From: Tubulanus polymorphus
Taxonomy: Eukaryota > Animalia > Nemertea
Reading direction: 5' to 3'
DNA length: 64,000 nt
Assembly (NCBI RefSeq): GCF_964204645.1
Contig: NC_134025.1
Location: 25,524,299 to 25,588,298 of the forward strand
Below the pieces are notes generated by a model. The model was not told the DNA's origin, made no database searches, and was given only the letters and a program-made list of their open reading frames with translations. Shown one piece after another: positions 13,101-28,100 of this stretch (within the stretch, counting starts at the first letter, position 1; each line of letters begins with the position of its first letter). Both the position numbers and the translations under genes were made by a program.

Positions 13101-16100
13101 CATGAAATCTTCTTTACCTTCGATGAATTGGAGACGATATTGGCAGAGACTATTAGACCAGTTGAAGAGAAGAATATGGATGAATTATACAGCAAGTTAA
13201 AGGTCAGTTAGTTGCCTTTTCTGTACCATACGTTTGTAGCGAAATTATTTCGATTAATGCCCATCATTCATAGATCATACGGTTAATACTGGTACATGAT
13301 GCACACGCGATTAAGCCAATTATCTTGAAATTATGTAATAATTCAGACATGTTTCTTTATTGATTCATAAGGATTGCGATGCTGATTTAACTGCTCATAT
13401 TGATCATATGAATGCGGTTAACGATTTGGGACACAAGATTCTTGGTCGCTGTTCTCTGTCTCAAGGCGATCATGCTCAAACTCAAACCGAGTTGAACACT
13501 TTACACGATCGTTGCACCTTCGTAAGTACAAAGATCTTTTTTACCTTCCCGAAGTGCTACTTATTGAATTTGCTGTTTTCTATTTCGAAACTTTTTGAAC
13601 TGAATGACTTTGAATGCAGCTGAGAGAGGCATTAGCCGAAAAATGTCAGAAAGTTGAAGAAAGATTACGCATCTGTCGAGCTTTCACGGTAGACATAAAT
13701 GAACTTTCTACATGGATCGAAAAAACCAACAAGGAATTACAGAAATGTAATGGCAGTGCTTCCAAGGTAAGAAAGCGATGTCGATATTCTTTATTCAATG
13801 GAGTATTTGGAACCTGAATTTTCTTATAGTTACTATTTCATGCTGTCAATGAGCACACTAATTAGACTTAGAACTGTTGGTTTAATTTTAACAAAAAACC
13901 ACAGATGCTGGTGCAATTGTTTTTGTATGATAAATGCATATGTTTTATTTTTCTCTAATTTGCAGTTGATTTGCAATGACATGCGTCGATACCAAAAGAT
14001 GTTTGACAAAATTAACAACACGTACAGTAAACTATCGGAAGAATACATTCAGTTGGAACTAGAAATGCCTTCTGACATTAGAGAAAAGGTCGCTATGATT
14101 AACGAAGGTTGGATGACTATAAGTAGCATAGTTGATGATAGTCCTGAACAGGCGGAAACAAAATTGAAATATGGTATGAAGGAATTTGAGTTATTAAAAA
14201 TGCACTTGTCACTTAAAGTATTCTAATATACTGAATGATTAAGTAAAATTGAAGCCTGGAGAATTATTTTTTGGGCAATCTGTGTTAAGCAGTGGTTTTA
14301 TTTAGCAGCAAGTTGTAATATAATGATCCAATGAGGTCTTTTGTTGCAGATCTGCAATTTGTGAGGTTTATCATGGATTTACTGCATGTACATTCTTAAA
14401 ATTCCTTGGTTTGATCTGAGAAACTTGTTTTTCAGAAGAAACTAAGCCAGTAGCGTCACCAGTCGACATGAATAAAGATGAAAAGAAGAAAGAATCGTAT
14501 ACGGACATGTACTCGGCAATCGGTGAACTTCGAGACTGGCTCGTCATCATGCAAAGACAGTTACGATTTCAACGTGTTGATATCGGAGACATTTCTGATA
14601 TTGAAGAAACTTCTGCCAAACATGCGGTACGTTGGTCAAGCAATAAACTTCAAGGGACAGTTTTATAGACCAGATCCCGGTCTTGAAAGTAACTCCAGTT
14701 TATCCAGACCTTCCGAACCGGGTCCAGGGGCTGGTTTTCTTTAACTCAATTCGTCTATAAATCTGGACTATGAAACCATTTCCTGAAACAAAAATTCTTG
14801 AAGAAATGAAGAAAAGTATATCTCTCTATGTTCATCCGTTCTATCCTATTTCTGGATTTAAATGTTTCTATTTTTAGCGAATAGTAGCTGATGTTGACAG
14901 TCGAAAACCGGCGCTGGAAAGATTAATGTCATCTGTTAAAGACAAGATGAAAGACTCTGATGTCAAACAACAAATTTCTTTCTCAGAGAAAGGTAAGCCG
15001 ATTTCATATTATCGTTGAAGATTAGAAAACTCGACGAGAAATTGCTATTTCCAATATGGAAAAAATGGCAATTTTTCCATGCAGTTTTTAACTCATATTT
15101 TTGCTGTTCATTTCGCAGGCTTCTATTTGATAAAATTGTTTTATGTTAAACGAGTTTGTTTGATAATGATCAGAAAGTCTCATAGATGGCACCGAACTCT
15201 ACCTCGTCGGTCTGCCGTGTGTTTTGTTTCTGTTTTTCGGCCGTTGTTTATGCCTGGAAATATAGCGTTTTTCTTCACGGTTTCCATGACAACGTCGGCA
15301 ACTATCTACATTAGCCGTTGCCGTTTGAGCGTTTTAGACATCTTAAAGAGATGTTATCAACCACCAGTATTCAAGTAGTATTATTACTGAGTCGTTTTGA
15401 TAAGCGCTATCAAACGGCGTACGTCTTATCAACTATGTTTCTCTCACTCCCATTGGAGTTTCATTTTATGATCTGGCTTTTCGAACAAGACATTCGATTA
15501 TACGAATGCACGGATTTACTGATCAATTTACATTTCATTGAAATCATATATGTTTTTGCATATTTTTTTTTTCATTTAGAATCTGCACTATTTGTTTTAG
15601 ATTGACACATGCCGGTATATATATCTGTGGTGAATGCGTCGTAATTTCATTTACGGAGCGCGAGGTTAATGCGATTTTGTAGTTGTGGGTTAATCTGTTC
15701 TTTATTCAATCTAATCACTAGTTCGACTATATAGTGAACATTGCGTGTGTACACCTACGATGACAATTTGGTCTAGTCGGTACATTACCAATCGTTGAGG
15801 AGATTTCGCCTGAAAAAGTACCCGCAACGACATGTATTGTCAATTGATAAAACTGCAATTAATCAAGAGTAATGACAATTACGTTTCATCCCGTTTCATG
15901 ATTAATCACCGGATTTTGTATTTGGAAAAAAAGATGACCCTCGCCGCGCAAAATTAATTTCGTCATCAGATTCGATCAGTTCCGAATGTGAAAGAAAAAT
16001 CACGGCTAGACGACGATGTATCTATTGATTTATGTATATGAAACCTATGTTTCGAATAATACCTAGCAAACTTTCATACATGATTGCTATATTTTATATA

Positions 16101-19100
16101 TCTATCGCGCAAAACTGTCTCATAATATCGACTGTATTGACTTAAGTAGGTATGAATTTGTTACTTGATATGTTTACAGCGACTCAAATTTATGTCCGGT
16201 TTGATATTAGTCCGTGTTATGAATAATAAAACGACGTATATACACAGAGCGAAAAATCTTCCAGACATATCGTATCTTCATTATCAATGCGCTGTTGATC
16301 ATTTCGCGTTGTCGTTGATTTCCACAATGATTTCTAGCCAGTAACAAATTAATGAACTCATCATTGTCTTTTCTCCGAGTAGCCGTCGTCGTATATAGAC
16401 GTATTATTATATACATCTGCTGAACTCGGTTAATTTGACCTTGAGAAAATACGTGAGGAATGTTCCGATGGGAATATGTGTGGTCTTTCTCGATATATCT
16501 CATCTGCACCATTCATCATTGATAAGTTCTTCATCAATTGAATCATTCATTTGACTTCCAGCTTTGTTGCAGTTAAGTTTACTCACCACTGCCGCCTAGT
16601 TTCTTAAGATTTTTCTTAAGGGCGAGTCCCGTATGAAAACAGTTTTTACAAAACATCCATTCCTACATCTCAAAATCGAAGTCCATAGACGATAGCTCCC
16701 GTTAGAAATTTATGCATCCATCTTAATTGCATAGCAGATGGTTAAGCTACCTTTGCCGATTTAAGCAAACACTACGGTGTATCAACATTAAACAAACCCG
16801 ACGAGCGCTCGGTTGATCTCTTCCTATTTCGTGTCAATCCGTTTCATCCGTCGGACATACCAGAAACATCGTGTGCATGTTTTGGATTTTTAATTGCGGT
16901 GGATCAGCAGCATTCATGAGTTATTTCTGATAGTTAACGCCTACTATGTATTGTTTTTCAATTGTTTAATGGACGGTTGATTCAGTTCAGAAGTTCTTGT
17001 TAACAGTAAACATACATTCCTTACCCTTTTACTCGGCACCTGTAATGCTGAACCGTTACTTCGGTATTTTACACATTCAACAGTACCTCGGCTATTAGTT
17101 TGGTAATTGTTACAAATCTTAAAGTATTATTTGGCATCTCTTACATCATCAGGTGCATCAGTAAAAGGACTTTTTTCTTTCTTTTTGCTGAAATTGAATT
17201 CACGAACACTAATCCTAGGTTTATGCGTGATTGATATCGCATTGCGAGTGACTTAAAATGGAGTTGTGAATATTCTTGACTTTGCGTTTTGCGAGCACTT
17301 GTGTTGACATGGATTTTGATGAACTCTTTGCGGGATGTAGTCGTACGTTGAAGATTGCAATATCTGTCATCTTCACTCGCTTTTATATATTACACTTTTT
17401 GATACTTACGACGATGCGCAAAATGCTTCAGTGCGTGTAACTATCAAAGTCTACAACTAGAAACAACATTGCCTGAGAAGAACTCCATATGTTCGTAAGG
17501 TTGCTGCAACTAAAATAAGATCCAGTGAGATTACAGGTGTTCAGCTGGTACTATAGGTATAGTAGTGTATCTATCCAGCCAGGTATATGCCTTCGGAACT
17601 TGTGGATGCTGCTTGGAACTCCACCCCAGACGTGTTTATTTTGTGTGTATATAACGGATCATAACGCCATGTATTTTGAGATGGCTGGGCCCCCTTTCGC
17701 AACAAATGCTGTTAGAATATTTGTTAGTAGTATTGAAAGCTATGCAAACAGTATATTACCTGGTTGGTAATGGAAATATTCGCTTAATCTCTTCAGCTGC
17801 TAGTTAAGTGCAACTTCTCACTTTATTGAGCAGGATTTGCATCGTCAGTTCGTTAATTCAGAAAAAGGATATGTACCCATATTTTCACGACTTTTCGCAT
17901 GGAATAAACGGAATATCTACGTGGAAAACAATGTTGTTGAAGAAACTTTCGAAGGCTAGCTCATTCAACCAAGCAGGATTATGATACAAGTTTCGATTCT
18001 ATAGTTGTCGAAGTGATAGGCTATGATGGAATACCTGGTGACTGTCTGGGATTTTACTTGGGGGACTATAATCCCTGGGTTCTATAACGGAGGTAAGTAA
18101 AAACCAACCATCTTATAAAGCAGATTAATTTGCTTGTCAATGGGTTCTTTACTTGATATGCGATTATATCAAAAAAAATGTTGTATTCCTTTAATAGTTG
18201 ATTATAATCTGGCTTATTATAGCTGATTACGGTAAGAATTATGCGTATCCGAGTATGAATGGTTATTTTCTAGCCACGCTTGATGCACTTTTCCCGCCTA
18301 GAATCATCTATCTTCTCGGAGCATAGTTCGTTTCCTTTGCCAGAATTGATCAGCGTCTTTGACAGACGGCATTCAGGCAATAGTCAGTCCCGCCACCGCA
18401 ACCACTGTCCACCAATATTCTCTCTAATGTCATTCAATACTCGGTAATCAGCCTTCTTCAGCGGTGGATTCATAGCTTCAAGCAGAAGACGGACATTCCA
18501 TCGGAAAGTAAATAAATCTCGGATTGTCGGTAATCCGCGTTTCAGAGATCGCTATATCGACCGGTGATTACAGCATTCGAGGTCACCGAACTACGATCAT
18601 CTATAAGTGTAATTGATGGAAGAATTTTACTATAGATTCTTATTATCGCGTGAACGGCATCTCGAAGCAGAGTCCACGTCGTCCGTCCTCGTCGTTCAAT
18701 AATCGACGCGGGTGCGAACAGTAACCGGGTTGTTGCAGTCTTCGGAGTGATTGTTGAAGCGGTATGCATCAGTGCTCATGAAAGAACAACGTCATCCTGT
18801 TAGTGCGGTCTCCGGATGGATTGTTATTCCGTTAGTCGTAGGATTGCGTACCGTGCTGTTTTCACCGAGCTTCACCGAGCTGACACACACGGCACGACGC
18901 CGCAATCAGATGTAATTCAGGCTCCGGCATCGAGTTCAGATTTCCTGGCGATTGCATTTTGCGGCTACATTGTCATAGTCAATGAACATCGAGCGTTTTC
19001 GGGTCAAAGGTGACCGGATTTATCTGGGGATTGCGCGTCGTTAATCGATCTAAGCTCGTGTCGGCAACTCGTGATTATAAAGCGAGATTCCGAGAGCGAG

Positions 19101-22100
19101 AGAGTCGCGGAAGAGATGTCTGACTTCAGATCGAAGATTGACGACACTTGTGGGACACTTTATGTAAAAACAACATTATAATACATACGCAGACAGTATA
19201 CGGACGATGGCGCGGCGAATCCGTGTGAATGCCGGATATTACTATGAAATAATTTTCGCCCGCGTTTACAGCGACGAGACTTTTTCACGGCGATAAACAG
19301 TTGTCCACTGTTGGCTCGGTTTCACCAAGGTAACCATGATTATTTTCTCTCGTGCTCGTATATCGGTGTTTTGTTAGCAGGGGTTTGTGTCGGCTGTGAC
19401 AGCGCGGCGCTCTCATCTCGGTTCGTTCGTTCTATCACTCGTAGTCTCTCTTCTGAATTCCTGAATCGTAAGTGCTTTAACGCTCGAACATCACTCCAGC
19501 GTTGTTCGGCGATAATATTCAGTATATCGTTCGAAATCCATAAATTGATCAGTTAATTCCCAGTAGCTAGCGTAGTAGCATAATGTCGTAATTTGCTCGT
19601 GTTACAGAAACCTATATTATGTTGACATTGCGTTTGACATTCGATTCGTTAATTGATGTGCTCACTGGGAGAAAAGGTATATTACAACAACGTCTTGGCG
19701 ACGAAGATGCAACACGTTTTTTTGTTCTCTAGGAAACCATCAGAAATTCATGGCAACCTACGTAGCTGATATTTGATGAAGGTGGAGGTTTTGAGTTACT
19801 GTTCCCGACGGAAAAACATTAGCAATTACTTTAACCTGTTCGGTCGTTCTCGACAATGGGTGGCTTCGATTTCCTCATATTACCGATCAGAAGCGGAACT
19901 ATAAAACTTGCCTCCTGTTCGCGAGTTTATGATCCATCTGTGATCGAACGATTGTTTAGTTCACAACCCGGGGATGTTTTATTTACTGCTGGTTGTTAGA
20001 TTGAATAATGACCACAGCCTGTACACAATCAATGCGAGCAAATGTAAGAATTACAAAGTTTCATGCTTATCGATCTCTCAGCTGTATTTTTATATTTTCT
20101 GTACATCAAACGACAAAAATATCGCGCGATACGCCATTCTCGAGATGCAGGCCTTCCGTGATGCCATGAATCAGTTCTAAAGGCATTACATGAAAACATA
20201 TTATCACGCGCCATAGGCAATCTATGTAACAAATCTCGGGACTATAATCGTGTTGGATACAATCGATTTGATGTAATTCCTCATCCTGACGGCGAGAACA
20301 CTCGCATCTCCTGCGAAACTCACTCAGTTGCGATTGAATAGGTGCGCAGGCTGTTAATAGAATTAAGGCAACAACACTCAGGAACATAATCTATGTTGAA
20401 GACCGAGCTAAGGGCCAGTTGCGATAGCTTCTATTTCAGAGACTAATATCATACGTAGAGTTGGTACACATAATTCTGCTGAATATCTGCGTTCCCTTTT
20501 CTTCAGTGCATCTAGTACACCTGAGCTCATATTCCCTCGAACAGTTTTCATGTAGAGAAATATGATCAGTCGGTAAGGCTTCCTGAAAATTTCATAACCA
20601 GATGAAGAAACTGCTGTTCCCTGGAAATACGATTCCGGCTGATCAAAAAACTTATCGAAAAAACATATTTTACTCGATAGAAAGTGATGGCGGTGGTAAT
20701 ATATTTATTGCGATGGTTGGAACGAAATATTGCCTGAATATATTTACATTTGTTAGACCCACGCGGTATTTGTGTATTGTCACTTGTAACACACTCCTAA
20801 CTGTTCGAACTTGACTTTTGAAGTTATTCTCGCGCTAATTAACTGAGGTAGCCGGAAAAAATATTGGTAAGTTATTGCCCGAACCATTTCCTTGCTCGCT
20901 GACTCTGATGAACAAACAACTATCGAGAATTTCCTACTTGCCATTGGGGGTTGCGGTACCGAGAAATACGCTAACTGGCTTTGATGTTTGTTTTACGGTC
21001 ATAGCCGATGAGTGGAATTGCAATAGTGTACTTACTAGTGCTGTTTCCTTGATGTAAGAGTTACTACGACCAGAGCACCGTCGAGCTTTCGCCGATAATG
21101 GTCAAATTTATGCCCGGCTGTGCCCGAACTTATTAAACGGCTTAATCAAATGCTAATGGCCGGTCCGAAATTATCTTTCACACCTAGTTTAAGTTTCTTC
21201 TCAGAAACGTTGAAATCATTTGACGACTTGATTCGCCAATAGCGACGACTTCTTATTCATAGATTTCAGGCAATCATCATTTCTGATTTGTGAAATCCGT
21301 TGGTTAAATGTCGCCGATTGCGATTACTGACTTAAAGCTTGACAAATGAAATTTATTAGAAACTTCACACGGTTGAGGGCTTCATTTTTCAAATCTCATT
21401 TCGTCGCGATAAAAGTTTCAATTCCTCAATCTCATCACTTTACAATTCACCATAAGTGTCGTTGCCATAGTTACCCGTATCTTAGGTTCCGGGGGGGCGC
21501 GGAAAGAGCGCTTTCACACTTACGAAAAAAAAGATGGCTTCATAAGTATTTAATAGGATTCCGCGTATTGAAATGAATATAATAACATATCGATGATATT
21601 ATGTATGATGCGCTTTAGACAGAGCTGAACGTCTTCTAAATGCTTCTAGTTGATTGACTTCTGTTCGTCTTCACTAAGGTCTGTAATCTGTTTAGGTGAG
21701 CAAATTTGAAAGAGATGATTCCGAGGAAGACACTCTGATGAACACACGTGCCCTTGGGAAGGCTAAATGCTCTCGCAATCTTCGAGACAATGTCACGGCG
21801 TCGTTGACGTATGGGTCTGAAGTACGCTTCTTGATATGAAGACGTATTCAATCAGGCTCGTGATGGAGCTGGCCAATGGTCTGTGTCATAGCCCTGGTGA
21901 TATTCAGCGATCAAACATTTTTTTCATTCCCCGGCTGTGTTGTTGATTGCTGGTGGATTCTTTCGGGGGTTACATTACGATATTTTCCTTATTCTTTCGC
22001 ATTCCGATAATTTCTCAGCTCGCGATGACGGAATAAAATCATGCATCAACAGTTCGCGTGTTGGTATTTGTCCCCCGGTCCGAAAGGTTTAGGACTTGTA

Positions 22101-25100
22101 ATGTCGATGTAATTACTTTGTTCCTAGAGAAACCATTAAAATGCGACAGTAGTTTGAATTTTATGTTCCACGAACCGACGATCGGGTATACGACGACGAG
22201 TACATAATTAAAATTTATCCGCTGTTCAAATCGAAATGACAAACGAGAGCGCCGACTAGAAAAAAATAGATAATTTTAGATTAATCAAAAGATTGTTTTG
22301 TTACAGTTACTCCGTTTCCCGGCTCGATTACAAAAAGCCGATAGGTTTTACGTAGCCATTAAATGGTGACATTGATGTTTGAGGATACGGTGATTGTTAC
22401 ATGGTCTCTCCATCTCCCGCTGTGTGTACGGTTATGGATTTTAGATGCATTTGCAAGTTTTTCTGAATAATCGAGTCAAGCGGCTTGTCGTCGTAGCGTA
22501 AGACGCCCTGTCGCAATTCGCAGCGAATTTTTCAACGGGATACCGCGATGTAGATTTCTGTTACACCGGTTGAAAATGTGAAACATTGGTAGTGTAGTAG
22601 CATCGATCTGTGAATTGAATGAAAAGATAATTTACCGATGTTTGTTGGCGATTCTTCGAGAAGTCCGTTGAGGTATGTAGAATAGAGATTATACGATTAA
22701 AAATCAGAATCAGAACTACTCGCTCTTAAAGAATATGACACTTTTTACGTAGGTAGCGCATTCTGAAAACAGAATCTTACCATTGCTTATATCTTATCTT
22801 AGAATAAGGATAATATACAATTATTAGAACTACTTGCGCTTGAGAAATACGACGCTTTTTTACGTAGGTTGCACATTCTGAAAACAGAATCGACCATTCC
22901 TTACATCTTATATTCATCATGTATATATTTATTTAATGTTTCTTTCATCTATGAAAATAAATATATTTTTATCTTCTTTATAAACCATTGCCACATCATG
23001 TTGTGGGTGTATGAATGATGTTGCGCTATATGCTTCGGATGTCACTTGCATTTTGAGGGGAGGTGTTATAAATCTCTACTTGAGTCACAGTATCTTCTAC
23101 GTTCTTTTGGATTTTCTCCCAAAAAATGCGTCACAAATTATCAGTAACCTGGCAATAGTAGACTATTTTAGAGAACAAATCATTCTAGAATTACTCCTAC
23201 TCATGCGGAATATAAAGGTTATCTTAATACCGGTGTGGGAAACGTAATTTTGTCTCTGCTCATTAGAACTACTGATTTTCTATGTAATTGTAGTTTTTGC
23301 GTGTATGGCTCTCCGTATTCTGGGAAAAAAAACCCTGATTAGATAGTTGGGTGTTGAGTAGCCTTCGGATAGTCATTTCGCAGTGGCCGTCAATAGGATT
23401 TCATGAAGCTATCTTGTGTGATGACTATTATCTTTGCTGGTGAAAGGAAATGTATGTGGGATCAGTATTCAGCATTAATCACGGGTAACTTGACGTTTTA
23501 GGGCTTATCTGTGATAAGACGCCGGTCGGCTCGAGCAACATCAGTTCTAGATCTCATAACTCGGGCGATTAGACAGTCCGGCACCATTTACTGGACTAAA
23601 AAATGGTCTGGCATGTCTGTCCTTTTAAATGAAAACAATCATTGTTCAGACAATTGGGGGGCTAAAAGGTTGGGTATGTTGATCTGATATTATATGTATA
23701 TTTTCATATATGTGGCAACACTTTTTATTCCGTGTATACATAGTTTATAATAAACATCTTTACATCAGATCAAATAGTTTTGCTCGATTTCTATTGATAG
23801 CATTCGTGAATCATATACTGATATGTCTTTATATACTACGGGATTGTTTTACTTATTCTAATTGCGAAGGGGGTCGCGGTAAGTTTTTTTCCATCATTTG
23901 TACTCATTATAGCGAATTAATCAGCCATAATGATAAGGGATTGTTTCGTACCACCTGTTGAGCAAAAATGTCCCTATAACGTTTGTATGCTTCGTGAGAG
24001 GTCATGTGCAGTTTTCTGTAATTTTCTCAGACATAAAATTACTAAGCGCGACGATCGAAAATGTGTATACCCGGTACACATTTGTTGAGTTGTTGGCGGT
24101 TAAACTACGGCAAGAACGTCAAACTATCTTCAAGCTGTTGTTGAAGAAACTGAAAAACACTTGTTTTTGCGACAGTCTCATGTGTTACCATGGCAGTAAG
24201 CTCGTTAATGCTGTGAAGGAGACAATTTTAATTTTCGGATATACGAGACATTTCACTTGAAATATGATCGCTTAAGATCTGACACGTAAGTCTAGCTTAT
24301 CGGGGCTTAATAGGAGACAGTCTCATGTTCTCTTCATCGCTCGACTACGCATGCTATATTCTCATTGAATTCTGCCATCTTGAAACTTCTGATTATGTTG
24401 TCAGTTCATTTGCTCGTTCGTGTGCGTAGATATTTGCACCTGTACTAGAATTAATCTGCGCAGTCTCTCGTAGCATTCAACAGCGTCATAAATTTAAAGA
24501 GAATTTTTCATCATCCCTCGTACAAAGCAAATTCTGTTTCGTGTATATAGATTGAATTGTAGATGGCGAAATTCATATTCATATGATAACTTCTTTGCAT
24601 GCTAGGTTTGGGTATGGTTTGATAAGGTATTCGATAATAAAGATAAGGTGAAGATTGGGGGTTAGGATGAGTAAAGGATAGTAAAGGTGTACCTCACATC
24701 TTTTAGATAATAAAATTGAAATTGTAGGTTGATTCATCCCAATCAGGGGCGGATTCGGGGTACCTCACATACCTCGCTTGAGGCACTCAAAATATCCGAA
24801 GTGCCCTCTTTGGAAAGACAGAAAAAATTCGAAATGAATTTGAAATGAATTTTCAAATGACTTATCGGGCAAAATTTCAATCAATCGTACGCGTTGAGTA
24901 TTTTCTGAAAAAGGGCCCGTTTTTTCATTGGTGAAGCAATCAAAATTGGACCCTGGATCCGCTTCTGCCAATGTAGCAGTTCGTATACATATTGTAGCGT
25001 ACAATGGTTTATAGATATCTCTTTTTCCATATATTTCGTCCAATGATTATCTTGATCGATGGCAGAGTTGTGTATTTTGAACGTCGTCGGGATAGGTCTG

Positions 25101-28100
25101 TCGATAAACGGGTTCATTATTCATTTCAGTAAGTTGAAAAATGGCGGAAAGTTACGTTCGCACGACGAACCGCGGGGAAATAGAATTGATGTGAAAACCC
25201 ACTATATAAAAATTCTAAAATAGAAATTCCAAATTTGACACATTTCTACGAAGATTACGTGGCATATCAATCGTTACATCGCTTTCACGATATTAATCAT
25301 CGCGTGAAAGTTTCTACCCGGCCGCTTTTTTTTTATAATTAAAATAGAATACGATTTTTAATATCGTTAGAATTTGTGAGCGAACAAATGAGCGCTGACA
25401 TTGGTAGGCGAAGCGTTGCCGTTGCCTCCCAGGGGTACCGGGGTTTCCCTCGTTATACCGCGCGGATCATCTATAGACTCGCCGATCGTGTTTGACAATA
25501 AATTATTTACTGGTATTAAAGGGACTGCGCTTCGTACCTAACTTAATGGCCGAATGGGCAAATAAGCAGGTCCCTGTTCATTTGATGATTGGAGCGTCTA
25601 ATTCATATATATATATGCGTCGGCATTTATTGCATGGTGTCAAAATTACTGGATGCGTACGTCTAACAACAGTGAGCGTAGCGGAATATCACAACGGAAT
25701 ATCAGTCCAGGCTTCGCTGGCTCTTCACTTTCAATTCAACTATCCGCTACTTTTTCTCATTATGGATAAGATAAACGAGCTGCTTAATTCTTTTAAAAAC
25801 GATAGATTTCGTAAGTATGATGATATCTGTTGAGCTCGTCGTTCTAACGGTCCGGGTCCGTCGAGGATAAGCCGGCGCGCCGCGTCGATACCGTCGCCGA
25901 CGCGCGTTCCTTATTGCGATTTTCGAGCAAGTTTTTTGCCGTTAGTTTTCGTTGTAAAAGGTTTCTCAATTTCTCGTCAGTCATCGAATGACGAACCGAT
26001 TTCATCGAGAAGCAACCAAATACGGTTGCTTAGATACAAATATCGTCACCAATTGCGCGGTTTGCTTGATTACACACGGTTTTTGTTACGTTTTTAGTTT
26101 AGATTGCGTGGTAAAGCGCGGAGCCACCTGATGGATTTGTAATCGTCTACGCTGATATTAGTTTCCAAGCATGAATTTTTGGTTAAAGCCGCTTCGTAGC
26201 TGCGATTAATCGCGCAAAAAAGTAGTAGAGCTTTTAGCCGTGAACGGCTACGGTAAATAACTTTCGACGCTCTTCCGCAAATAACGCGGCTGTTTGCCTT
26301 TTATTTTCCAGTCGAGCGACTGCGCGAAACGTGGGAGGACTCGAACAACAAGGTGAAAATACGAAAAAATCAACTCGATGATATGCTCTTAGAATGTCGC
26401 CAGTTTGAAGAAATGCAAGCTGAATTCGAACGGTGGGCAGGTCAGGTCGACGACGAGCTGCAGGGCTACGGTAAAGTCGGCGAGTCCGCATCAATCGTCG
26501 AGAAACAATTACTCGAACAAAAGGTAAGATATCGACAGCGCTTTTTTTTCTTAAACCCCGGCGGTAAATTGCTGGCAGTGCTCATTTTCTCTTCGGATTG
26601 TTTTACCCGTCGTCCATATTCGAATATCCATCGAGAAATATGTGAATAATTTCTTCGGCGCGGAACTGATTCTCGTAGCCGCTGATAAACGCAGACCGTA
26701 TTGTCGACGCGCGGTCAATGTACGGCTTCGAAAATAACCATCGGAGTTAACGTCGTATTTACTTATGATTGATCATGTGCGAGAAATTGATTAATAGAGT
26801 CAGGTTTATGAATCGACACCATTAGGCCTCGTTTGTCCTTATATATTAAGTCTTACTTAAAAAAAAAAAACGATACAATAGATTCGGGTTTAGAGACGTC
26901 GTTTGACGGATGCGCTGAATGTCTCCTCGTCGAAAAATGACCGGTTGCAGCGATGCTAGGCGCTTCGATTGTCTCAGTTCAGACGCAGTAATTTCATCTG
27001 AAGTGCACGCGACCGAAACGTCTCAATCGGTTTACGATGCTTCGGTGTGCCGGTTTATGTATTTTGTTTGTTCTCCGATCATCTCTCGCGGGACGACGAT
27101 AAATTTCGTCGTTTTTACGAGAATTCGACGATAACGACCGAGTTCATCCGCGGTATCGTTTCAGAAAATTAAAGAGGAAATAGACCAACGACAACGCACG
27201 GTGAAAGGCCTGAACAGAATGGCGGAGAAACTGGTCGATGAATACAAGCAAGATGATCCAAGCAAGATAAAACAAAACATTGATCACATAAACGCAAAGT
27301 TCTCAAGCTTGCAGAACAGGTGAGGAATATTCATGTCGTCTCATAGATGTAAGCGATACGTCGTCGGCGCTACGGGAAAGCTGATTATTTGATGATTCGG
27401 AAAATGCCTTATTAGTCAGAAGATCATAGGTATTAAGATAATGTAGGTTGTTATCATATAGCAATGACAACTAGCCCGCGGCGGATATATGAAAGACACT
27501 GTTGTACGTATGCCGTCATTTTTCTTAGAGCCGGTCTCATGGAGTCAAGTAAATTGTGGCCTTACAATCGCTTAATTATTTTCACAAAAATAATGCCCAA
27601 CCCTAGTTTTAACATCATCAACATTTCAGATAATGATAGCACAATAATGTAATGGATGTTACTATGAATATTGAAGAGCATTACTAACAATGATGATTGT
27701 TATCTATTTAAATGCTGCACTTTTGCACCCTATGTAATTTGCAATTAAGTCACTTATCGAAATTAGTTGACAGTGTTCAGGGCTGGATGTAGATCTGGTA
27801 TCCACCGTAGCGAATTAGCATTAACTGTTGATGCCTACCAGCCCATTTTATATATCTGATAATTCAATTTAACTCCATATAGTCCGAAGTAATGAATATA
27901 TATTATTTCATATTTAGAAAGCACGCATGATGTGAGAATATGCTTATGCTCAAATCATGTAATAGAAATAAGTATTAATTTGTCATAATTCGGGATCGGT
28001 TTCCTCTGAAAACTTGCGGTTTTTTAAACACTTCTCAGAAATGGCTTCATCGCTCGCTGTTCTCATATTTAATTTGAAATGGTTGATCATTTGTATGGGT

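Noticed and set aside
21636-21960. Minus-strand coding-like stretch (also 16207-16512 and 18542-18769)
   Set aside because: Short or interrupted frames, no recognisable motif and no coherent splice structure.
20867-24291. GTAAGT donors at 20867 and 24286 as coding first exons
   Set aside because: No upstream in-phase ATG without an intervening stop.
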